DNA from: Parcubacteria group bacterium GW2011_GWA1_56_13
Lineage (GTDB): Bacteria; Patescibacteriota; Minisyncoccia; Phycocordibacterales; Phycocordibacteraceae
Direction: 5' to 3'
Length of the DNA stretch: 64,000 nt
Assembly (NCBI GenBank): GCA_001004905.1
Contig: LCRY01000002.1
Location: 1,559 to 65,558 of the forward strand
Made by a program: the position numbers and the translations under genes. Position 1 is the stretch's first letter. The number at the start of each line of letters is the position of its first letter. Below the pieces are notes generated by a model. The model worked only from the letters and a program-made list of their open reading frames with translations. It did no database searches and was not told the DNA's origin. This document shows, piece by piece, positions 57,310 through 64,000 of the stretch.

Positions 57310-59469
57310 ATGGAGGGTAACGGTACGGCTCGCCAGATAGCACGGTGGGTGGCGCTCAGTGCGCTTTTCTTGCTTCCGCTCACGCCGCTTGTCGTCGTGA
57401 ACGGTTTTTTCTTTCCTTTCATTACCGGCAAGGCGTTTTATTTGCGTTCACTAATAGAGATAGCGGTTGCCGCATGGGCGGTCCTTGCGTTCCTTGACAG
57501 GGCATATCGGCCGCGCTTTTCCTGGATCGGTGCGGCGGTCGTCGGCTTCGTTCTCTGGATGTTCGTGGCCGACGCGTTCGCGCTGAATGCGATGAAGGCC
57601 TTCTGGAGCAACTTTGAACGCATGGAGGGATGGGTGCTCCTCATCCACTTGCTCGGATTCTTTTTCGCGGCGAGCGCGGTACTGCGGGTCGAGCGCAAGT
57701 GGCGCGCCTGGTTCCTGACATCGCTCGGCGTTTCGCTTCTCATTTCCGTCTATGCGTTGTTGCAGCTTGCGGGCGTCCTCGCGATACACCAGGGTTCGAC
57801 GCGCATAGACGCATCCCTCGGCAATTCCGCCTATCTCGCCATCTACTTCCTGTTCAGCATTTTCGTCGCCCTCTGGCTCGCGCTCACGGAACAGCGCGCA
57901 TGGCTTAAGTGGTCGCTCATCGCGCTTGCGGTCCTGGAAGGCGTCCTCATCTTCTTTACCGAGACGCGCGGTACGATCATAGGGCTCGTACTCGCGCTCG
58001 CACTCGCGGCGCTTCTCACTGCGGTCACTGCGAGCAGACACATCCGCAGCTATGCCATAGGTGCGCTCGCTCTCATTCTCGTTCTCACCGGCGGTTTTTA
58101 TCTTGCGCGCCATTCATCGTTCGTGCAGAACAACCATGTGTTACAACGAGTTGCTTCCATCTCACTGTCCGACGGCCAAACTCGCTTCACGCTTTGGCGC
58201 ATGGCTTTCGAAGGGGTCAAGGAGCGTCCGCTCCTCGGCTGGGGACAGGAGGGATTCAATCATGTGTTCAACAAATACTACGACCCCTCCCTCTATCAGC
58301 AGGAGCAGTGGTTCGATCGGGCGCACAACACGTTCATCGACTGGCTTTCCGCCGGCGGCGTCCCGGCATTCTTGTTGTATCTTTCGCTCTTCGGTACGGC
58401 CGTCCTGTTGCTCTGGAGAAGCACCGAACTGTCGCGTCCTGAACGCATCGCGCTCACTGCCGCGTTCCTTGGCTACGCCGTTCATAATTTTTTCGTCTTC
58501 GACAACCTTTCCTCGTACCTTTATTTCTTCGCCCTCCTCGCGCTCGTGGATTCGCAGGTCGCGCGGCCCATCACACGACTTGAAACGGCACCCGAAGTTC
58601 CTGCCGCCGACGGCATGGCATATCTGCTGCCCATCGGCGCCGTCGCCGCGCTCACGCTCGTGTGGACCGTAAATATTACCGGTATGCAGACGGCATCCCG
58701 GCTCATTACCGCGCTCTCGTCCTCGAATCTTTCGGATAGCACCGCGATTTTTCAGGATTTCGCCGCGCATCCGACCTTTGCCTCGCAGGAAATCCGCGAA
58801 CAGCTCATCGCGTACGCGGCCGCGGTTGCACAAAGCGCATCGCTGCCGGACGATGCGAAACAGCAAATACTCGCGCTCGCTATACACGAGATGCAAAGAC
58901 AAGTCGTCGCATACCCAATGGATGCGCGTGGGCGTTCCCAACTCGCCTATATCTACCGCGTCGCTGGCGATACCGAGAGCGCTCTAAAGGAGCTCGACGC
59001 CGCCCTCGCTCTTTCTCCAAAAAAGGAACAGTTTCTCGTGGATAAGGGTGTCATTGAGTGGAATACGGGCGACATGCAGGGGGCGCAACGGGATTTCAAT
59101 GCCGCATACGAGCTTGGGCCGCAGTTCTCCGCCCTCGCGGCTTATGCTGCGGCCGGCAACATCGCCGTTGGTGACGTTGCGGTGGGCGATAAGATACTTC
59201 TTGCCGCCTTCGGCACGACGAACCCGACGAACGACATTCTCTCGCTTGCGTATTACCTGAGCAAGAACTGGCCGCGGCTTATCGCGTTCTGGAAGGCGCG
59301 CGCCGCTTCCGCAACGGGTCCCGAACCATGGTTCTCGCTCGCCGCCAGTTACTATGCCGCCGGTGACGCGGCCGGTGCCATAGCAACCTTGAATGCCGCG
59401 GTCGCAAAATACCCAGAGGCCTCTTCCTCCGCAGCAGCCGCGCTCAAACAGATACGAGAAGGAAAATGA
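57310..59469 (+). CDS. Wzy_C (O-antigen ligase / O-oligosaccharyltransferase-like) membrane protein fused to C-terminal TPR repeats
   Basis: ~12 TM N-terminal domain with FFTETRGTIIGL (Wzy_C R-x-G region). C-terminal ~250 aa of TPR-like repeats (ALKELDAALALSPKKEQFLVDKGVIEWNTGDMQGAQRDFNAAYELGP). Confidence 0.7.
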   Translation: MEGNGTARQIARWVALSALFLLPLTPLVVVNGFFFPFITGKAFYLRSLIEIAVAAWAVLAFLDRAYRPRFSWIGAAVVGFVLWMFVADAFALNAMKAFWSNFERMEGWVLLIHLLGFFFAASAVLRVERKWRAWFLTSLGVSLLISVYALLQLAGVLAIHQGSTRIDASLGNSAYLAIYFLFSIFVALWLALTEQRAWLKWSLIALAVLEGVLIFFTETRGTIIGLVLALALAALLTAVTASRHIRSYAIGALALILVLTGGFYLARHSSFVQNNHVLQRVASISLSDGQTRFTLWRMAFEGVKERPLLGWGQEGFNHVFNKYYDPSLYQQEQWFDRAHNTFIDWLSAGGVPAFLLYLSLFGTAVLLLWRSTELSRPERIALTAAFLGYAVHNFFVFDNLSSYLYFFALLALVDSQVARPITRLETAPEVPAADGMAYLLPIGAVAALTLVWTVNITGMQTASRLITALSSSNLSDSTAIFQDFAAHPTFASQEIREQLIAYAAAVAQSASLPDDAKQQILALAIHEMQRQVVAYPMDARGRSQLAYIYRVAGDTESALKELDAALALSPKKEQFLVDKGVIEWNTGDMQGAQRDFNAAYELGPQFSALAAYAAAGNIAVGDVAVGDKILLAAFGTTNPTNDILSLAYYLSKNWPRLIAFWKARAASATGPEPWFSLAASYYAAGDAAGAIATLNAAVAKYPEASSSAAAALKQIREGK

Positions 59470-60479
59470 TCCTACAGGAAAATGTGCTGCTCGCCCCTCT
59501 CACGACATTTCATATCGGCGGGTCGGCGCGCATTTTCATAGCGGCGCGGAGCGAGAAGGATATTGAAGACGCAATAGTGCTCGCTCGCACGCGCGGCCTC
59601 CCGCTCCATGTTCTGGGCGGAGGTAGCAACATACTCGTGCCGGACGCTGGCGTTGACGGCGTCGTTCTTCGCATCCAGCTCGCCGGCGTCGCGTTCCAGA
59701 ATGATGGCGCCGACACACTCCTTGTCGCAGGCGCGGGCGAATTGTGGGATACGGTCGTCGACGCGGTCGGCACACGCGGCATGTTCGGCATCGAGAACCT
59801 CGCCGGTATCCCGGGCACGGTCGGCGGAGCGACCGTGCAGAACATCGGCGCCTACGGCGCGGAGCTTGCCGATGTATTCGAATATGCCGACACGATCGAT
59901 CGTACGACCGGCGTTCATGCGCGTATCGGGAAAAAAGACGCGGCGCTCGCGTACCGCACCAGTTTTTTCAAAAATAATCGGAATTGCATCATCACCGCGG
60001 TCGCGTTGCGTTTTTCGTCGGCCGGCGCGCCGAATATTTCTTACCCCGATCTCGCCCGCGCGCGCTCCGCGGGCGAACCGCTCGCGGCGCCCGCCGATAT
60101 CGCACGCGCGGTGCGCGCTATCCGCGCGAAAAAATTTCCCCGCAATGACGCGGAGGGAACCGCAGGGTCATTTTTCAAGAATCCGGTCGTCTCGCGCGAG
60201 CTCGCGGACTCGCTCCGCGCTCGTTTTCCCGACCTCCCGACTTTTCCGCAGGAGGACGGAAGAGTTAAACTGGCGCTTGCATGGCTTTTGGACCACGCGT
60301 TGTCGCTCAAAGGGTACGCGGGGGGACCAGTGCGCCTCTACGAGAAGCAACCACTCGTCGTTGTTGCGCGCGCGGGCGCGCGTGCGCACGATGTCGAGGC
60401 GCTTGCGCGCCATATTGCGGAGCGCGTGCAGAAAGAACTCGGTATCGGCATCGAGCGTGAAGTGGAACTATTTGGATAA
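59466..60479 (+). CDS. murB: UDP-N-acetylenolpyruvoylglucosamine reductase
   Basis: TTFHIGGSARIFIAARSEKDIEDAIVLARTRGLPLHVLGGGSNILV FAD-binding signature. 337 aa. Confidence 0.9.
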   Translation: MILQENVLLAPLTTFHIGGSARIFIAARSEKDIEDAIVLARTRGLPLHVLGGGSNILVPDAGVDGVVLRIQLAGVAFQNDGADTLLVAGAGELWDTVVDAVGTRGMFGIENLAGIPGTVGGATVQNIGAYGAELADVFEYADTIDRTTGVHARIGKKDAALAYRTSFFKNNRNCIITAVALRFSSAGAPNISYPDLARARSAGEPLAAPADIARAVRAIRAKKFPRNDAEGTAGSFFKNPVVSRELADSLRARFPDLPTFPQEDGRVKLALAWLLDHALSLKGYAGGPVRLYEKQPLVVVARAGARAHDVEALARHIAERVQKELGIGIEREVELFG

Positions 60480-60778
60480 ATTATTTTTCGTACGCTTATC
60501 CCCGACACGCTGAAATGGCATCGCGTATTGTCCCACCATTCACATTTTTAAGCCACATCTCGCCTCTCAGAGCGTCTTGTGCAGATGGAAAAACGTTCGC
60601 GCGCGATGGGCGCAGGACGATGCCATTCAGTATGACGGGGTTATCCACATGTGGCGCGTCTAAGCGCACAAAAAATTTTCTGACGCGGGATAATGAAATG
60701 CAGAAACGTTTGCGCATGGAACCATTCCGCGCACAGACGGGTCGACATATCAGCCGTAAACCTAATTTCGCAACCACC

Positions 60779-60844
60779 ATGGCAAAAAAGCGTAAGGCCG
60801 CGAAGCGAACGAAGAAGCGCAAGGCTGCAAAGCGACGCCGCTAG
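60779..60844 (+). CDS. Putative 21-aa poly-basic peptide
   Basis: MAKKRKAAKRTKKRKAAKRRR, encoded by a ~21-nt tandem DNA repeat and followed 12 nt later by a strong terminator. The upstream in-frame extension (track ORF 60515..60844) looks non-coding. Confidence 0.25.
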   Translation: MAKKRKAAKRTKKRKAAKRRR

Positions 60845-60855
60845 TTTCGTGAAAG

Positions 60856-60890
60856 AAAAAATCCCGTCTTAACGCGGGATTTTTTTCTTT
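60856..60890 (+). terminator. Rho-independent (bidirectional-type) terminator
   Basis: aaaaaaTCCCG-tcttaacg-CGGGAtttttttcttt: stem flanked by an A-tract upstream and a T-tract downstream. Confidence 0.6.
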
Positions 60891-60919
60891 TAGACGACAC
60901 GTAGGCGCAGTGGTATAAT
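60891..60919 (+). promoter_or_regulatory. Sigma70-like promoter for leaderless secA
   Basis: -35 TAGACG (60891-60896), 17-nt spacer, extended -10 TGgTATAAT (60911-60919). secA ATG at 60928 is 8 nt after the -10. Confidence 0.5.
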
Positions 60920-60927
60920 CTTTTTCG

Positions 60928-63462
60928 ATGTTGGGACTGTCCAATTTGTTCTCAAAAAATCAATCCGCGGCCTTTTTAAAGGCCGCGGCGCCTATCGTCG
61001 CGGCAACGAACGGGCTTTCCGAGGAGCTCGCCGGGCTTCCGGACGAATCGGTGCGCGCGCGGCTCTCCGAGGTGCGTGTACGTGCGAGAGAAACCGGAGC
61101 AACGCTTGAAACCGATATTCCGCTCGTGTTCGCACTCGTGCGCGAAGCATCCCGCCGGACGTTGCGCCAGCCGCATTTCGACGTCCAGCTCATCGGCGGC
61201 CTCGCTCTGCTTCGCGGAAGGATCGCGGAGATGCGCACCGGTGAAGGCAAGACGCTCGTCGCGACGCTTCCTGCGGTTTTCCACGCGCTTGCCGGCAAAG
61301 GAGTGCAGGTTGTTACGGTGAACGATTATCTCGCGCGCCGCGACGGCGCGTGGATGGGACAGGTCTACAATTTTTGCGGCCTCACGGTCGGGGTCATTAC
61401 GAGCGCGGGTGCCTATCAATACGACGCATCGCACGTGCCGCAAAAGGAAGATACGGAACGCGATGCGGAGGGTTCCTTCAAAGTATTTTATGATTACCTG
61501 CGTCCCGTGACGAAAAAAGAAGCGTACGCTTGCGACGTCACATACGTGACCAACAATGAACTCGGCTTCGATTACCTGCGCGACAACACGGCCTACGACG
61601 CATCGCAGATCGTGCAGCGCGCATATCATTACGCGATCGTGGACGAGGTGGACTCCATTCTGATCGACGAGGCGCGCACGCCGCTCATCATCAGCGGCCC
61701 CTCGGGAGATTCGCAGGATCTCTACGGACGCTTCGCCGATATCGTGCGCAGTTTTGAAGCGGAGAACGATTATACGGTCGACGAGAAGCAGAAGGCGGTC
61801 CAGATAACCGACGCGGGCATGCGCAAAGCGGAGCAGGCGCTCGGCCTGGAGAATCTCTATGCCGAAGGAGGAGTAAAATACGCGCACCACCTGGAAACGG
61901 CGGTACGCGCCAAGGCACTGTTCCATAAAGATAAGGAATATGTGGTGTCCGCCGGAGGCGGGGGCGAAATCGTCATCGTGGACGAGTTCACGGGACGGCT
62001 CCAGCCCGGCCGCCGCTGGTCGGAGGGTCTCCACCAGGCCATCGAGGCCAAAGAAGGGGTAAAAGTGCAGGCGGAAACGCGCACCTACGCGACCGTGACT
62101 TTCCAAAACCTCTTCCGGATGTACGAGCGGCTCGCCGGCATGACAGGTACGGCGCTTTCTTCCGAAGAGGAGTTCTATACCGTGTACGGGCTCGATGTCG
62201 TGGTCGTGCCCACGAACAAACCCTCACAGCGCAAGGACCACGATGACCTCATTTTCCAGACAAGCGTGGGAAAATACCGGGCGGTCGCGCGCGAGGTCAA
62301 AGAGCGGCATCAAAAAGGACAGCCGGTCCTCGTGGGAACCGTCTCCATCGAGGACAACGAGACCGTGAGCTCGTATCTCAAGGATGCGGGCGTACCGCAC
62401 GAAGTGCTGAACGCGAAGAATCACGAACGCGAAGGAGAGATCATCGCCGAGGCGGGCACGGAGGGGCGCGTCACGGTCGCGACGAACCTCGCCGGCCGCG
62501 GCGTTGACATCAAATTGGGCGGCGCACTCGCCACGCCCGACGCGCGCGCCTCGGTCATCGCCAAGGGCGGTCTCATGGTCGTCGGCACCGAGCGGCATGA
62601 CGCGCGCCGCATCGACAACCAGCTGCGCGGCCGCGCCGGCCGCCAGGGCGATCCGGGAGAGACCAGATTTTATGTTTCGCTCGAGGACAAGCTCATGCGC
62701 GTTTTCGCGTCCGAGACGCTGAAGAAGGTGATGGGGCGCTTCGGCATTCCCGAGGACGAGCCGATAGAAAGCGCGATGATAACCAAATCGCTCGAGACCG
62801 CGCAGGGACGCATCGAGGGATTCAATTTCGATTCCCGCAAACAGGTGCTCGCCTACGACGACGTGATGAATACCCAACGCCTCGCAATCTACGCGCGCCG
62901 CCGCGCCGCGCTTACGGGAAGCGACGCGGAAGTGGAGGGGTTGGTGCAAGCGCTTCTCGGCAACGACGAGGCGGCGCGCGCCGCATTTGCAAATAAGAAG
63001 ACCGAATTCGGCGACGCGTTCGTCCCGCATTTGCGACGGCTCGTTCTGCAGGTCACCGACACGTTCTGGCTCGAGCACCTGGAAACCATGGATTACCTGC
63101 GCCGCTCGGTGTCGCTGCGCGCCTACGGCCAACGGGACCCCTTGATAGAGTACCGTCGCGAAGGGCTCGCTCGCTTCCGTCAGCTTGAGGAGAATATCCG
63201 CTCTACGGTCGCCGAGGCCCTGCCGCGCATGATGAACATGGACGATGCGCGCGTCCGGGCGGAAGAGGCGAAAATACGTGCCTCGCTCACCGAAGCGGGT
63301 AAGGAAGAGCAGGGCGCGCAGGCACCGCTCGTGAAAGCGGCCGGGTACGGCAGAAATGATTTCGTTACCATCAAAAAGGGCGGGGAAACCAAAAAACTCA
63401 AGTATAAAAAGGCCGAACCCCTCCTCGCCGAGGGCTGGACCATCGTCCCCGATGCCCCTTAA
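60928..63462 (+). CDS. secA: Preprotein translocase ATPase SecA (short form, no C-terminal Zn-finger)
   Basis: 844 aa. AEMRTGEGKTLVATLPAVFHALAGKGVQVVTVNDYLARRD. DEVDSILIDEARTPLIISG. TNLAGRGVDIKLGG. Confidence 0.95.
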   Translation: MLGLSNLFSKNQSAAFLKAAAPIVAATNGLSEELAGLPDESVRARLSEVRVRARETGATLETDIPLVFALVREASRRTLRQPHFDVQLIGGLALLRGRIAEMRTGEGKTLVATLPAVFHALAGKGVQVVTVNDYLARRDGAWMGQVYNFCGLTVGVITSAGAYQYDASHVPQKEDTERDAEGSFKVFYDYLRPVTKKEAYACDVTYVTNNELGFDYLRDNTAYDASQIVQRAYHYAIVDEVDSILIDEARTPLIISGPSGDSQDLYGRFADIVRSFEAENDYTVDEKQKAVQITDAGMRKAEQALGLENLYAEGGVKYAHHLETAVRAKALFHKDKEYVVSAGGGGEIVIVDEFTGRLQPGRRWSEGLHQAIEAKEGVKVQAETRTYATVTFQNLFRMYERLAGMTGTALSSEEEFYTVYGLDVVVVPTNKPSQRKDHDDLIFQTSVGKYRAVAREVKERHQKGQPVLVGTVSIEDNETVSSYLKDAGVPHEVLNAKNHEREGEIIAEAGTEGRVTVATNLAGRGVDIKLGGALATPDARASVIAKGGLMVVGTERHDARRIDNQLRGRAGRQGDPGETRFYVSLEDKLMRVFASETLKKVMGRFGIPEDEPIESAMITKSLETAQGRIEGFNFDSRKQVLAYDDVMNTQRLAIYARRRAALTGSDAEVEGLVQALLGNDEAARAAFANKKTEFGDAFVPHLRRLVLQVTDTFWLEHLETMDYLRRSVSLRAYGQRDPLIEYRREGLARFRQLEENIRSTVAEALPRMMNMDDARVRAEEAKIRASLTEAGKEEQGAQAPLVKAAGYGRNDFVTIKKGGETKKLKYKKAEPLLAEGWTIVPDAP

Positions 63463-63483
63463 TTGTGCATTTGGGGCATGCCG

Positions 63484-63514
63484 TTCATTTAGGACACGCC
63501 GTGTCCTAAATGAA
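63484..63514. repeat. Perfect palindromic hairpin (REP / IS200-end-like)
   Basis: ttcatttaggacacg-c-cgtgtcctaaatgaa: 15-nt arms, exact reverse complements. Located between the convergent secA stop and the transposase stop. Confidence 0.5.
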
Positions 63515-63520
63515 TATAAC

Positions 63521-63976
63521 CTAGAGGACTTCAAGATTACTACTCGCCTGTGCGAGCTCTGGTGCTGAGATAATTGACCTTATTTCCGCGTCTTGTTCCT
63601 TATTCGTACCAAGCATATGGCGCAGGTCGGAAGTGTGAAGGATGGAAGGAAAATTTCGTATTCCGTTGTAGTCAAGATAACTACTCCAACGATATTTATG
63701 CAGATATTCGAGAGCATTTTTGTGATCGTGTAGGGTGCCCAAGCGCCATTGTGTATGTGTCAGATCCAAAGGATTGAGATGAATGTAGTAGGGGATATAT
63801 CTGAAATGAGAATCTCGCTCTATCAAGACCTTTCTAAATGTTCCTTGCCACAATACGCCCGTACGTCCGTATTTTTCATTGAAATATTTTGCATAGCCCA
63901 TATTGAGTTTTCGCATAAAAAGAGACAAGGACCCATCCCGTACTGGGGAGGCAAGAATGTGGTAGTGATTTGGCAT
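63521..63976 (-). CDS. IS200/IS605-family or REP-associated (RAYT) HUH tyrosine transposase
   Basis: 151 aa. N-terminal MPNHYHILASP (HuH motif). Size and composition typical of TnpA(IS200)/RAYT. Lower GC than the flanking DNA. Confidence 0.7.
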   Translation of the reverse strand: MPNHYHILASPVRDGSLSLFMRKLNMGYAKYFNEKYGRTGVLWQGTFRKVLIERDSHFRYIPYYIHLNPLDLTHTQWRLGTLHDHKNALEYLHKYRWSSYLDYNGIRNFPSILHTSDLRHMLGTNKEQDAEIRSIISAPELAQASSNLEVL

Positions 63977-64000
63977 AAGACAGAACGCGTGTATGCGGAC

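Noticed and set aside
57451-58941. 220-aa and 259-aa minus ORFs
   Set aside because: Antisense to the Wzy_C membrane domain. Charged and Arg-rich.
60515-60844. 109-aa ORF in the murB-secA gap
   Set aside because: Upstream 260 nt have no coding-like composition or start context. Only the terminal 21 codons (ATG 60779) are plausibly translated, and even that is uncertain.
60976-63534. 376-aa and 436-aa minus ORFs
   Set aside because: Antisense to secA.
1-64000. CRISPR arrays, rRNA, tRNA
   Set aside because: No regularly spaced direct repeats, no rRNA-like conserved blocks and no cloverleaf-compatible 70-90-nt segments were seen. The window is essentially all protein-coding.

Overview
This window is a tightly packed, almost entirely plus-strand stretch of a high-GC bacterial genome. 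Gene content and architecture are compatible with a Candidate Phyla Radiation/Patescibacteria-like lineage: an 844-aa SecA without a Zn-finger tail, a VirD4/TraG-like ATPase next to ComEA, ubiquitous ATGA start/stop overlaps, and apparently leaderless promoters. That phylogenetic call is inference only. At the 5' end sit murD-murC-rsmI, a VirD4-like ATPase and comEA. From about 6.7 kb to 55.1 kb the window is one giant co-directional glycan-biosynthesis and presumed glycosylation supercluster. Its parts, in order:

- glycosyltransferases: seven GT4, two GT2 polyprenyl-phosphate-sugar synthases each paired with a GtrA-like flippase subunit and a GT-C membrane transferase, and one exostosin/GT47-like enzyme;
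- sugar-nucleotide enzymes: gmd and two NAD-dependent epimerases;
- at least nine SAM methyltransferases;
- a low-GC insert encoding an ACP-dependent acyl-unit module (FemX-like, AcpS, FkbH-like HAD, ACP, MaoC, SDR, AAC(3)-like N-acyltransferase);
- a pseudaminic/legionaminic-type nonulosonic-acid module (PseB-like, Gfo/Idh/MocA, two DegT aminotransferases including a PseC-like one, class-III aminotransferase, SpsF/PseF-like cytidylyltransferase, NeuB/PseI-like synthase);
- a decoration island with three ATP-grasp ligases, a cytidylyltransferase-methyltransferase fusion, a split transketolase and an SDR.

Downstream lie a PglK/MsbA-like ABC exporter and a Wzy_C-TPR membrane protein (candidate ligase or O-oligosaccharyltransferase), then murB and secA. 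At the 3' edge an IS200/RAYT-like transposase (HUH motif) is flanked by a perfect palindromic hairpin. Several intrinsic terminators and TGnTAnnAT-type promoters sit 5-8 nt upstream of ATGs, which implies leaderless mRNAs. Many long minus-strand ORFs in the six-frame track are judged to be high-GC artefacts. No rRNA, tRNA or CRISPR was found. Motifs, repeats and positions were read directly from the sequence; GC content is an estimate from a few spot counts, not computed; family assignments rest on recognisable signature motifs and remain unverified by search.
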